A stretch of DNA of 64,000 nucleotides. Source: Chrysomallon squamiferum. Taxonomy: Eukaryota > Animalia > Mollusca. Positions 1-13,719 of this stretch are shown here, in pieces. The stretch is from NCBI GenBank assembly GCA_012295275.1, contig CM022676.1, forward strand, positions 11,904,001-11,968,000. The letters run 5' to 3'. The position numbers were made by a program, and so were the translations under genes. The first letter of the stretch is position 1; the number at the start of each line of letters is the position of its first letter. The notes beneath the pieces are model-generated. The model did not search any database and was not told the origin of the DNA. It saw only the letters and a list, made by a program, of their open reading frames with translations.

Positions 1-549
1 ACACTTGAGTCTCACTTACAGAATGCTATTGTGTTCTGTTGACCTGTGCTTGCCCGACACTCTGTTTGGTTAATAAACCGGGTTTCTGTTATCAGATATC
101 AAAGATAGGTAGTTTCAAAAATTAGGTTAGAGTTCACTGATAACTTAGCGATGTTCTTGTTGTCAGCTATTAGTTTTCCGACAATAGGTCGGTTCGGTTA
201 CAGATACAGTGAAGCTACGTTTTACTGTTTGATTTTTAACAGTGTTTTTTCGTCACTGTGAAGTTTGGTAATAATCAAAACAAGACGAATATTTCTCAAG
301 TCGGAAACACATCATTTTTTACCACCTTCTGGTCCTGAATTTTGCTTTATTTTTCTGTCAGCCTTTTTTTTCGTGTACGATGTAGTCCAGATAAGCGGTG
401 GGCCTACATTTGTGTGGCTCTCAAGTTCAAACTGTTGTGGGGCCTTCTGGAAACCACTGTTAGCTTCCTCAGTTGGCTTGTACCCACGACCCATGACCTA
501 CAAATATTTCAAAATCAGTTCTTGAATTACCTCCCCTGAATCTTTAGCT

Positions 550-1569
550 CAGGGGTCATCAACGTTTTGGAGAGAGGAGCAGACAACTGTGCAGTGCCTT
601 GGAGGAGGCCAAAATATCAGTTGCATCATATCGTGACAGTGACTAGTCTGAGTTGTTTTAATACCTGAAATCTGGCTCGTCCCGTTTAAAGGTAGCAGAC
701 TATAACAGCGTCACGTGTTAATGATCTGAGACAGCTTAACCTACTAAATGACTAGTCTGTATCCACTAGAGAATAATAACGCAAACAAGAATTCGATACG
801 GATAATTTTTTTATAGATTTATTTCACATAAATTAACCACCAATGGTGACGTATAATTTAATGTTTGTTACATAGTTTTCAAGCGTAAGAATAACACAAT
901 AAAATATCCAACAGTAACAGATTTAGTTATTTTCAATCAATCAGCATATGTGTTACATACAAAACCCCCACATTTAAATCATAATTACCATTGCCTGGGT
1001 GGCCCTTTGTCTTGGGCAGACGGAATTCAGACAACGTGTCGCTAGCAGGCGCATCGATCAAAAGATCTCGTTTAAAACGCTCGTCGAATATTATAGACAT
1101 CGCGCGGACGTCAGTAAACGCGACTGCAGACAGCCTTTCTGAATTTACTTTGCAACTTAAATGCCAGTTTTGAGTTTTGTTAATCCCAGTGTTTCTTAGT
1201 TTATAAAATAAAAGAACTTCCCCTGATTACATAATACAGTTTCCAAACAGCCCATGGACGTCTACATACACTCTGATATTTAATTGTTGTGTAACACCAT
1301 AATCCGACATTAATTAACTAAACACCGAAGAACTGTAAAAATATTAATTTATAAACATCATTATACACTACAGCTTAATATAAGAACTGCAATATGATAA
1401 TACGCTTAATATAAAACGTAGCAGTCATTCTGCTTTAAATGGTCATATAAAAATAAGCGTTTTACGAATATTATGTAACTCACGAGAGAGAAAACTAAAT
1501 TATTTTTGAAAACAAGTCTGGCAAAGAGGCACTAATGAGGTTCCGTTACACACACACACACAGACAAAC

Positions 1570-1651
<82 letters not shown>

Positions 1652-1804
1652 ATCTTCAATACCGAACACTAGGAAGCAACGATTCTTTAGTCTGCACATT
1701 TAAAAGAAAAAACAACGAAGTTAATGTAATAACTGGCGTCCACGTGTTCAGTTGGCGGGGGCCGGGCTACAATTGCTCGCGGGCCGAGATGTTTTCGAAC
1801 TCTG
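550..1804. mobile_element. Non-autonomous hAT-like DNA transposon in GCNT intron
   Basis: Left end CAGGGGTCATCAAC at 550. Right end reverse-complements to CAGAGTTCGAAAAC with a subterminal GGCCCGCG motif. Flanked by near-perfect 8-bp direct repeats ctttagct (542-549) and cttcagct (1805-1812). CAG termini plus an 8-bp TSD are hAT hallmarks. Confidence 0.7.
1573..1648. repeat. (CT)n microsatellite
   Basis: Pure CT run. Confidence 0.95.
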
Positions 1805-2221
1805 CTTCAGCTTCACTAGTTTCTAAACACACCCACTCCTGCGCCCCAATAACACGAGTTGTCTTCTCCTGGCTCTCATAACGATTGTAGTAAATAGATG
1901 TACTCATCTTCTGTTGATTTTGTAAATACTTGTTCTGTCTCCGGCTATTAAGACAGGCGAAGGTCATTATCACTGCTCGGCTGTCTATAAATAGCCTGAG
2001 ACACAAAAACTCTTCAAGATGTTGAGTTTTCTTCTGTAACTGTATCTGAGCTGCGTTACACAGATGCTGTTACAATACAGACAATTTGAGCCCTGTCAAC
2101 AACTCGTTAAACAGATCTTGTTACACTTTTGTTGTTGTTGACTGGTTTATTTTATCTCGTGTCCTTCTCAAGTTGTTTACCACTTTTATATTCACTAATA
2201 CTGTACTGTGTAGTGTTTTCT

Positions 2222-2689
<468 letters not shown>

Positions 2690-3829
2690 TGCGTACTGTA
2701 TTTTTTTTTTAAAACTAACTTTCTGCTAGGCTGGTAACCTGAATTGTCGAATGGTAAAAACAATCAGCAAAAGTTTCACGACGTGAACAACACAACAACT
2801 GCGCTGTCAACAAGTTTCACGACGTGAACAACACAACGACTGCGCTGTCCTCGCTAACACATTTCACATGCATTTACACACGTACTTTTCTCTTTAATTG
2901 GTCACGTGAAAACATGCACTCAGCTTCCAAGGGTGACGTTTTGTATTTTCAAGTATTTTAAAAAGTTAAAACAATTAGTTTATAAATTAAACCTCGAAAT
3001 GCTCAGGTTCTCGTCTGTCAAATAACACATACTCAGACTGTGATATGACCCTCCAGCTATCGATACGTGCGCGTTCTCAGGTTATCAGTCCGATTTACTG
3101 ATGGCAAATACATTTTTATCACAGACTATTGTTAAACATATTCTATTATACTCTATTTCAAAACAGTGTATTTAATACAGTGTATATATTATATTAAATA
3201 GTGCTTTCATATACTGTAATAAATTATTTTTAATTATTTTTTTTTTTTTTTTTTTATAATCGTGAATTTTAAAATACTGTATTATAGTGAATTTTAAAAC
3301 ACTGCATAAAACTGGATTTTAAAATATTATATCATATTATGTTTTAACATATAGCAGTAAATTATATTTTAAAGTATTACTCGTATATCTGTAATATATT
3401 TTATCAAATTTTATTATATTTTGTTTTGGTTTTTTGTATCACATTTATGTTTTATATTTATATTTTTCTGAATAGAAATTGTAATACATGTATATTTATA
3501 CTGATTTAACTTACACTGTATTATATTTTTATTGCATTTTATTTATTATATTTATGTTGTATGCTAGATTATTTTGTTTTGTTTTATTTTATTTTATTGT
3601 CTTATATTTATATTGCATTTTACAATATTTTATTTTATTTTGTTATAGTTTTTTTTTTTATTATATTTATATTGTATTGTATCTGTAATTAGTATCTATA
3701 AATTACTGTATTTTTTTAAATTATATTTTAGTATAATTATTTTATATTTTATATTTTAAATTTGTATTTATATTGCATTATATTTTATTTTTATTGTATT
3801 GTATTCTTATATTTATGTTGTATCTACAG

Positions 3830-5118
3830 TGTACTGAATGATTACTGTATTGTATTTGTATTATATTTATATTGTATCTGTACTGTGCTGAATGATTGCT
3901 GTATTGTATTTGTATTGTATTTGTATTGTTGTATTGTATTTGTATTTTATCTGTATTGTTGTGTTGTATTTTCAGAGCTAACACTGTGGTGAATGATTGC
4001 TGTATTGTATTTGTATTGTATTTGTATTGTTGTTTTGTATTTGTATTGTACTTGTATTGTTGTATTGTATTTTCAGAGCTAACACTGTGGTGAATGATTG
4101 ATGTATTGTATTTGTATTGTATTTGTATTGTTGTTTTGTATTTGTATTGTACTTGTATTGTTGTATTGTATTTTCAGAGCTAACACTGTGGTGAATGATT
4201 GATGTATTGTATTTGTATTGTTGTTTTGTATTTGTATTGTACTTGTATTGTTGTATTGTATTTTCAGAGCTAACACTGTGGTGAATGATTGATGTATTGT
4301 ATTTGTATTGTTGTTTTGTATTTGTATTGTACTTGTATTGTTGTATTGTATTTTCAGAGCTAACACTTGGTGAATGATTGATGTATTGTATTGTATTGTT
4401 GTTTTGTATTTGTATTGTACTTGTATTGTTGTATTGTATTTTCAGAGCTAACACTTTGAATGATTGATGTATTGTATTTGTATTGTTGTTTTGTATTTGT
4501 ATTGTACATGTATTGTTGTATTGTATTTTCAGAGCTAACACTGGTGAATGATTGCTGTATTGTATTTGTATTGCATTTATATTGTATTTGTATTGTATCT
4601 GTATTGTTGTATTGTATTTTTATTGTATCTGTATTGTTGTATTGTATTTTTATTGTATCTGTATTGTGTCTGTATTGTTGTATTGTATTTGTATTTTATT
4701 TGTATTGTACATGTATTGTTGTATTGTATTTGTATTTTATTTGTATTGTACATGTATTGTTGTATTGTATTTTCAGAGCTAACACTGTGGTGAATGATTG
4801 TTGTATTGTATTTGTATTGAATTGTATTGTTGTATTGTATTTTCAGAGCTAACACTGTGGTGAATGATTGTTGTATTGTATTTGTATTGTACATGTATTG
4901 TTGTATTGTATTGTTGTATTTGTATTGTTGTATTGTATTTATACTGTATCTGTATTGTATTTATATTGTAATTTTATTGTACATGTTTTGTACGTGTATT
5001 GTTGTATTGTATTTTCAGCGCTGACACTGTGGTGAATAATTGTTGTATTGTATTTGTATTGTATTGTTGTATTGTATTTGTATTGTATTTGTATTGTATT
5101 GTTGTATTGTATTTTCAG
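3830..5118 (+). repeat. TATTG-rich minisatellite carrying ~10 copies of the GCNT 3' splice site plus first exon bases
   Basis: Unit ...ttgtattgtattttcagAGCTAACACT(gtggtgaatg), with variant tails in some copies, recurs near 3971, 4071, 4171, 4261, 4351, 4441, 4527, 4771, 4841 and 5011. The copy at 5111 continues into the real exon. Confidence 0.9.
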
Positions 5119-5345
5119 AGCTAACACTGTAAGATGGAAGAATGCAGGGACGCCTCCACACAACATCACAGCAACCAAAGGTTCTGTCCACATCGTAGTC
5201 AACCGAGACTTTGTCGACTACGTCCTCCACAACGACACCGCCAGAGACTTCCTGGAGTGGGTGAAGAAAGTAGATGTCCCGGATGAAACGTTTTTCTCTT
5301 CTCTCAATCACAACCCTCAGCTAGGCATTCCAGGCTCGTACAAAG
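5119..5345 (+). CDS. Core-2/I-branching beta-1,6-N-acetylglucosaminyltransferase (GT14, GCNT1-like), penultimate exon
   Basis: ttttcag|A GCT AAC...AAA G|gtagga (phase 2 to phase 1). Encodes RWKNAGTPPHNITATKGSVHIVVNRDFVDY...PDETFFSSLNHNPQLGIPGSY, matching the GT14 KGS..R.FV.Y and PDE..F..L motifs. Confidence 0.9.
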
Positions 5346-5558
5346 GTAGGAAGACGGAAATGAACGAATGAAGGAAAGAACGAATAAATCAGTAAAATTA
5401 GATGATAATACAGGTAGATAGACAGACGAATGTATGAATAATGCAGATAGATAGATGGACGAATGAATGAATAATACAGATAGAACAACTGAAGAATAAA
5501 AAATGAAGGAAAGATAGAAAGACACATAAGTTCACTGTTTGAAATATTATTATTATTG

Positions 5559-5601
<43 letters not shown>

Positions 5602-5684
5602 GTTGTTATTGTTATTATTATTATTGTTATTGTTATTATTATTATTGTTGTTGTTATTATTATTATTATTATTGTTGTTATTGC

Positions 5685-5722
<38 letters not shown>

Positions 5723-5752
5723 CTTCAGCATATATTATTCTCATTATTTTAG

Positions 5753-6063
5753 GAGAACCGGAAACTGATTTAATAATCAAACCTTTTCTCGCGAGATTTA
5801 AAAACTGGGGCAGCCACCCGTTCAACTGGCCGTGCTCCGGGAAACGAGTCCGACTCATCTGCGTGTTTGGCATCGGTGATCTCCCCTTGCTGAAAGACCG
5901 GAAGGAACTGTTCGCTAACAAGTTCTACTGGGACTACGAACCCTTCACCCTGGACTGCATGGAGGAACTTATTTTCAACAGGACACGTGACGAATTCCTA
6001 GGACTAACGAAGTTCGACAACTCGTACTACAAAACGTTAACGTTTGTTAAGAACAAAGTTTAA
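5753..6063 (+). CDS. GCNT-like GT14 glycosyltransferase, last exon
   Basis: tattttag|GA GAA CCG...TAA, phase-compatible with the previous exon. Encodes RFKNW...CSGKRVRLICVFGIGDLP...LFANKF...LDC, the GCNT C-terminal signature. Confidence 0.9.
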
Positions 6064-6405
6064 CACGGGTGAATGAGACGGTTTAATTACTGCTGAGCTT
6101 TGTGGAAAACAACCGCTGTTTAATGATTTTAAAACTTCTGAAAAATAGGATTTAATAAGTTTAAATTGATCAGATAACATATCTTGCTAAATGACGCAGT
6201 ACGAATATAATTAAAAATAATTATAAAAACAGTACAGCGTAAATATAATTCAGTAAGAATGTACGTTTGTGAAAGAAAAACAATGTTTAATAACATTAAT
6301 GTTTGTGAAAATTAGTATTTATAACATAGATAATTTTTTGAAAATAAGGTTTTAATCACGTAGACTGATGTGAAAATGAAGGTTTAATACAGACTTTTAA
6401 TAATC

Positions 6406-6474
<69 letters not shown>

Positions 6475-7036
6475 TTAACATTTGCTGACAATTAAGATAG
6501 ACTCACTTGTTGAAATAAGTTAAACATTAAACTTCGAGAGAAAATTAAAATAAAATGGACTGGAGTGCAGTGTGATGTTACATAAAGATTAACATTGAAA
6601 TGTGAAAATTTATACAGTGAAACGTTTTTCAGTGTTTACTTTAACATTTGTGAAGAGCAATTAACCTTTGTTGTGTTTGTGAAATGAAAAGATTAATAAA
6701 CGTTTGAAATGAAGTGAGGATTAACATAATACAAGGGATTAACAGCAGATGTCAAACGTGGTTGTTAGTCTTTGGAGTCCTCCAAGGCAACTACGACGAC
6801 GCCATCAACGTTACTGAGACTAAACTGTGTTATTTTGGTAATTATTGTGATACAAATTGTGATTCTCAAGATGATTATTTTTTGATAATATATTATTTGT
6901 GACCTGTTATTGAGTTTGTGAATTTTTGATATCAGTATATGCAGGTATAGACAGGTAAGTTTGCTGAAAAAAACAACAACAACAATAACAAACAAACGAC
7001 TAAATAAGTAAATAAAAAACAAGACAAAACTATTCC

Positions 7037-7072
<36 letters not shown>

Positions 7073-7671
7073 ATGAACCGAAAATATTCTTTATCCTTTA
7101 TTTAATTTTATTCACATGTAAGATGAATAGCATTTTTAAATTTTTGTTTTGGAATATTAAATTAATAGTTACTCGACACGAGCGTAAGTTACGTCTGTTC
7201 TACATTTCTAATCGTAAGTGCTCTGATTGCTCAGCCAGGAAGGATTATTTCCCTTCAATCAGAATCACTGACTAACCAATGCAAGAAGAAAAAAAAAAAG
7301 AAGAAAAAAGAAATGTTGATTATTTATAATATTTTCCGATTCTGTGAACGTACTGCGCTGTGAGCAACACGCCACTGCTTCTGCTGTTGTTGCTACATTA
7401 ACAACAACAACGACGGCAACAGCAACAGCAACAGCAACAACAACGACAACAACAACTATTCCATAGCAGCAAAACATTAGGATTCACAAGAATATTGCAA
7501 ACGTTGTATTATTTCACCATTATCTTCAACAACAACAACAACAACAACGTTTTAGTAGGTTCACAATTGCATTATTTTAGCTTTAAAAGTTTTGTATGAA
7601 TACACTTTTTGTTTAGAACTTTGAAATACTTTTAATTAATTTATATTTATCGCAGGTAAATTTTGTTTGTT

Positions 7672-7961
7672 CTAAATTATGACACGGTTCTTCCTAAACT
7701 CTTTGTGATTTTTCAGACCACATTACCATTTTTTTGTAGCTGAAGATTTTCCTGTTCGCTTTCCACAGAATGCTCGGATGTTTAAAGTCAAATACGTAGC
7801 AGGTCGACATGTCTTGATAAAAACTCGTCCATGGACCCAAGTAGGCGGCGTCTGCTCTAAACAAACCTATGACGTCACTGAGATTGGCCGCCACTTTTAC
7901 GTCACAAATCAGCGTCACGGAAAAAATTGAAGGTGCAGCGCCAGTCTTCATAAAATAGGTT
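7672..7961 (-). pseudogene. Subfamily-A-like Ig-domain pseudo-exon
   Basis: VTLICDVKVAANLSDVIGLFRADAAYLGPWTSFYQDMSTCY aligns with A1/A2. Frameshift near the start. After a second frameshift it reads CGKRTGKSSATKKW*CGL, showing an internal deletion and a stop replacing the Y of WYC. Confidence 0.75.
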
Positions 7962-8803
7962 CTTTAATAATGATGATGATAATAATAATAATAATAATAA
8001 CAACAATAATAATAATAATAAGAAGAAGAACCACAACAACAGCAACAACAACCATCATCATCAACAACAACAACAACAATGATGATGATGATAATGATGG
8101 AAATAATAATAATAATCAAATAGAGGGACGTATTAATCAATTGTTTTCTCTAATTCGTCACTGAGAAAGATTATTTTTATTTATTTATTTATTTATTTTT
8201 ATTGTTTGTTCGCTTGTTTGATTTTTATAATGTCCACACTTACGAAAATTCATTTTTAACAGTACACACTCACTTACTTGGTTTTACAACATTTGACAAC
8301 ACCACAAACTATTAACAAGATTAGAAATTGCGTGAACAATGAAAGATAAAACAAGTACATAGATTAGATAAATAGCTAGATAAATAGATCGAAATAACAA
8401 ACATATAAATAAATAAATAAATAAATAAATAAAATAAATAAAATAAAATAAAATATATAAATAAATAAAATAAAATAAATAAATAAATAAATAAATAAAA
8501 AATTTTGTGATTGTTAATTCTTTAAAAAACAATTAACAAAAACAACAACAAAAAAAAAACCAAAATAACAAAAACAACAAACAAACAAACAAATAAAAAA
8601 CAAAAACAAAACAACAACATACAAATAAAATTAAAAAAACAAAAAAAAAAAAAAATCTGTTACCTTGTTTATCTCTGTTGTGTTGCCTCTAGGACACCAG
8701 CGATTTTTTTTATTATTTTTTATAAACAAACAGATATACAATCTATAAATAATTATGTAACTTTAACATTTTCATTGTAAAACCCGTCAACTATATGTAT
8801 GTA

Positions 8804-8860
<57 letters not shown>

Positions 8861-9328
8861 AATATGTGTGTGTGTGTATATATATATATATCAAAATTAT
8901 TCTACAGATAATAAATTCATCATGATAACATCATGTTACAGTTTCAATTATATTTATTTATTAACCTGATTTTATTTCTACATGAAATACCTAATCTTGG
9001 TAATATTGATGTATTTATTAAATTTTGTAAGTATATGTGTACTTTTACAAATAAATTAATTCTTTAATGCAAACATTATATATACACACACACATAACAA
9101 CAACAACAACAACAAGCCCCCAAAAAACCCATCAATAAAACAACAACAAACAAAGAAATACAAAATATAAATAAATAAATAAAATATAATGAAGTAAAAT
9201 GAAATAAACATTTCCATTTCATCTTCTTGTTCTTAAATATTATACTTCATGCTTTAAACTTACAAAGAGATTAGAACGAAAAATTCCGTAAAGCCTACGA
9301 ATGCTCAGAATATAAACTCAGCTTGCAG

Positions 9329-9600
9329 AGAGACGCGTATGTGTGAGTAAAACACGCGGACGTAACAGAAGTTCAGTGAGACTGAGGTGCACTGTGAAAG
9401 GAGCTGTAAATCTGGTGGACGTTGTAGGATTTTTCAGATCAGACACTGCACGTCGGATTTTTAATAAAGAATTATATGTGTTGTCTTTACATAATGTCAA
9501 GAATTAACTGACAACATGTTTACTACAAAGAGCTACAGATAAAGTAACAGCATTGTCTAGTAATATAACAATAATAATTTAACCAGTCCAATTAATTTTA
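9329..9600 (+). pseudogene. Subfamily-A Ig-domain pseudo-exon
   Basis: cttgcag|AG AGA... reads VSKTRGRNRSSVRLRCTVKGAVNLVDVVGFFRSDTA, nearly identical to A1, then decays with stops (LTTC and SSNI remnants). Confidence 0.75.
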
Positions 9601-9794
9601 CTACATCATGAAACATTGTTTGTATTGCAAACTGGTCCGAGTGTAAGTGCATTTTGTCATGGTGGAAAGAAATTAGATTTCTATACCGATCTACAAATGA
9701 ATACACTATACCGATCTATAAATGAATACACAATACCGATCTACAAATTAATATTCTATACCGATCTGCAAATCAATATTCTATGTGATACATC

Positions 9795-10225
9795 TGTCCG
9801 TAATTGCGCTGCACCAGGAAACAAATGAGAGGAAAACGACTCGATCTCCTGGTTTTCCGGTAGGTTACGATGACATCTGAAAGATGTTTTTTTATCTTTA
9901 TTGTACACGTGAAGGTAACCTGAGCTTGAAAGTTTCACCCGTAATGTTTAAAAAATAAAAGTACGGTTTGAAGTTTTACATTTCAATTAAGAAAGTCAAA
10001 TTTAAAATTAGTCTTGTCCATTAAACAATCATATTATTCAGTTCAAGAGTATTACATTAAAAACAACAACAACAACAACAACAGCAACAAAAACCCGAAG
10101 AAGCTAGAAAAAATGTTAGAGAAATAAACTAACAAAAATCAAGGAATACAAGAAGAAAATATCAATGCATCAACCATCGTATTTTGAAACTGAGTAACTT
10201 TAAACATTTCTATCACTGTGATATC
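9795..10225 (-). pseudogene. Inverted truncated copy of gene B (intron plus 5' half of Ig exon)
   Basis: Reverse complement reads VTFTCTIKIKKHLSDVIVTYRKTRRSSRFPLICFLVQRNY versus B VTFTCIVKANTRSFDIIVFYRKARGSSQYSPTFFLVQRTY. 9960-10225 matches B intron 13450-13700. Confidence 0.8.
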
Positions 10226-10489
10226 TATATTTCAACAAACCGGATCAGCTACAGCGTCAAATGAAAACACGTGGGTAAGTTAAATATGTAGATGTACGTA
10301 CACGTGTTGTATTTGAAACCTGCCGAGGAAAGAGGTCAAACAGCGCGCCTGTCTGCTCGCCTTCAGCATCGTGAAAAAATATGAAATGTTTCAACTGTGC
10401 CTATTTTTAGTTAGTTTCTTTTTGATATTATTTTTATTTGATACAAATTCACCAGACAGACAATGAATACAGTGTGAAAAGTAAAAAGT

Positions 10490-11530
10490 GAGCAGAAGTA
10501 GACAGTAGAAAGTGAGTAGTGAGTAGTGAGTAGACAGTAGCAAGTGAACAGTGAGTAGACAGTAGAAAGTGAGTAGTGAGTAGACAGTAGATAGTGAACA
10601 GTGAGTAGACAGTAGAAAGTGAGTAGTGAGTAGACAGTAGATAGTGAACAGTGAGTAGACAGTAGATAGTGAACAGTGAGTAGATTGTAGATAGTGAACA
10701 GTGAGTAGACAGTAGATAGTGAACAGTGAGTAGATTGTAGATAGTGAACAGTGAGTAGATTGTAGATAGTGAACAGTGAATAGACAGTAGATAGTGAACA
10801 GTGAGTAGACAGTAGATAGTGAACAGTGAGTAGATTGTAGATAGTGAACAGTGAGTAGATTGTAGGTAGTGAACAGTGAATAGACAGTACAAAGTGAGTA
10901 GTGAATAGATAGTGGATAGTGAACAGTGAGTAGAGAGTAGAAAGTGAACAGTGAATAGATAGTGGATAGTGAACAGTGAATAGACAGTAGATAGTGAACA
11001 GTGAGTAGACAGTAGATAGTGAACAGTGAATAGATTGTAGATAGTGAACAGTGAGTAGACAGTACAAAGTGAGTAGTGAATAGATAGTGGATAGTGAACA
11101 GTGAATAGACAGTAGATAGTGAACAGTGAGTAGACAGTAGATAGTGAACAGTGAATAGATTGTAGATAGTGAACAGTGAATAGATTGTAGATAGTGAACA
11201 GTGAATAGATTGTAGATAGTGAACAGTGAGTAGATTGTAGATAGTGAACAGTGAATAGATTGTAGATAGTGAACAGTGAATAGATTGTAGATAGTGAACA
11301 GTGAATAGATTGTAGATAGTGAACAGTGAATAGTCAGTAGAAAGTGAGTAGTGAATAGATAGTGGATAGTGAACAGTGAGCAGAGAGTAGAAAGTGAACA
11401 GTGAGTAGATTGTAGAAAGTGAAAAGTGAGTAGGTAGTAGAAAGTGAGCAGTGAGTAGATAGATAGTGAGCCATGAGTAGATAGTGAGCAGTGAGTAGAC
11501 AGTAGAAAGTGAGCAGTGAGTAGATAATAG
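10490..11530. repeat. 22-bp minisatellite (agtagatagtgaacagtgagtagac type)
   Basis: Tandem 22-mers. Related arrays at 38780-39190 and 46730-46855. Confidence 0.9.
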
Positions 11531-11974
11531 AAAGTGTTTATTGTTTCTTCATTGTCTATTTTTCATCTACCGACTTTTTCTCCGTATTGTTTCTTCATTT
11601 TCTAAAATTTTTCATTACATATTGATTCTTTACTGTCTATTTATTCTTTAAAGTCTGTTGATTCTTCATGGTCTATTGATTCTTCTGTATCTCTTTGGAC
11701 ACTGTGAGAAAAAGCCGATGTTTGAAAATAAAGATGAAAATAGAGCAATCAAATATCTGAAAACCTGAAAAGAGGGAATTCAAAACAGCCCTAATTAAGT
11801 CAGTAAGGCAACATTTAACTGAAAACAAAATTCAAATTATTTAATCCACTGGAAGAAATATTTAATTAAGCTAACCTACTGCAATAATAATAATAACAAC
11901 AACAACAACAATAACAACAATAATAGTAATAACAACAATAACAACAAAAACAATAATAATAACAATAATAATGT

Positions 11975-13330
11975 TTATTATCTACTGACTGTTAACCGTT
12001 TACTCACTATTTATTGTCTACTGACTTTTTATTGTCAACTGACTGCTTATTATCTACTCACAGTTTATTGTCTATTGATTGTTAATGATCTACTGTTTAT
12101 TATCTACCGACTGTTAATTGTCTACTGACTTTTATTGTTTAGTAACTGTTTATTGTGTGCTAACTGGGTATTGTCTACTAACTGTTAATTGTCTACTCAC
12201 TGTTTATTGTCTACTGACTGTTTGTTGTGTTCTGTTTATTATCTATTAACTGTTTATTGTCTACTGACTGTTTATCATCTACTAATTGTTAATTGTCTAC
12301 TGACTGTTAATTATCTACTGACTGTTTATTGTCATCTGTTTATTATCTACTAATTGTTAATTGTCTACTGACTATTATCTACTGACTTTTATTGTCTACT
12401 GACTGTTTATCATCTACTGACTGTTAATTATCTACTGACTGTTTATTGTCTACTGTTTATTATCTACTAATTGTTAATTGTCTACTAACTGTTTATTATC
12501 TACTAACTGTTAATTATCTACTCACTGTTTATTGTCTACTGTTTATTATCTACTGACTGTTTATTATCTACTGACTGTTTATTATCTACTAATTGTTAAT
12601 TGTCTACTAACTGTTTATTATCTACTAACTGTTAATTATCTACTCACTGTTTATTGTCTACTGTTTATTATCTACTGACTGTTTATTATCTACTGACTGT
12701 TTATTATCTACTAATTGTTAATTGTCTACTAACTGTTTATTATCTACTAACTGTTTATTGTCTACTGTTTATTATCTACTAACTGTTAATTATCTACTCA
12801 CTGTTTATTGTCTACTGTTTATTATCTACTGACTTTTATTGTCTACTAACTGTTTATTATCTACTAACTGTTAATTATCTACTCACTGTTTATTATCTAC
12901 TGACTTTTATTGTTTAGTAACTGTTTATTGTGTGCTAACTGGGTATTGTCTACTCACTGTTTATTGTCGACTCACTGTTTATTGTCTACTGACTTTTATT
13001 GTTTAGTAACTGTTTATTTTGTGCTAACAGTTTATTGTCTACCGACTGTTTATTGTGTACTGACTGTTTATTGTCTACTAACTGTTTATTATCTATTAAC
13101 TGTTTATTGTCTACTGACTGTTTATTGTCTACTGACTGTTAATTATCTACTGACTGTTAATTGTCTACTGACTTTATTATCTACTAACTGTTTATTGTCT
13201 ACTAGCTGTTAATTGTCTACTCACTGTTTATTGTCTATTGACTTTTATTGTTTATTAACTGTTTATTGTGTGCTGCTGTTTATTATCTACTGACTGTTTT
13301 TAATCTACTCTTGTTTTTAATCTACTGGCT
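11975..13330. repeat. ~18-bp minisatellite (tctactgactgtttattg) upstream of gene B leader exon
   Basis: Tandem 14-18-mers. Related arrays at 38340-38530 (same orientation) and 43970-45900 (inverted). Confidence 0.9.
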
Positions 13331-13354
13331 GTTTGTTATCTATTTTTAAAACAG

Positions 13355-13412
13355 ATGCAGCTGTCTCTTCTCTTCCACTCCTGTCTGTTGACAGCAGGAC
13401 GCAGTAAGACGG
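13355..13412 (+). CDS. Gene B exon 1: signal-peptide-like leader MQLSLLFHSCLLTAGRSKT
   Basis: acag|ATG...ACG G|gtgagt. 58 nt, phase 1, same architecture as the C-family leaders. Confidence 0.7.
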
Positions 13413-13719
13413 GTGAGTTGAGACACAAAACAAAGTGAAATGTAAACATCACACTGATAGAAGTGTTAAAAATTACTCACTTTCAAAATACGACGGATGA
13501 TGGGTTAGAACTTTCTTCTTTTATTCCTTTATTTCTGTTAGTTTATTTCCCTATCGTTTTTCTTGTTTCTTTGTTGTTGTTTTTAAAACTCATACTCTTG
13601 AACTGAATAATACGATTGTTTAGTGGACAAGACGAATTTTTAAATTTGATTTTTTTTTTTTTTTTGAAATGTAAAACCTGAAACTGTACTTTTATTCTGA
13701 TTATAGATATTCCTTGCAG

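Noticed and set aside
8274-8345. Possible leader exon for the 7.7-kb pseudogene (LFTQFLILLIVCGVVKC, gtaagt donor)
   Set aside because: No ATG and wrong phase. At best a decayed remnant.
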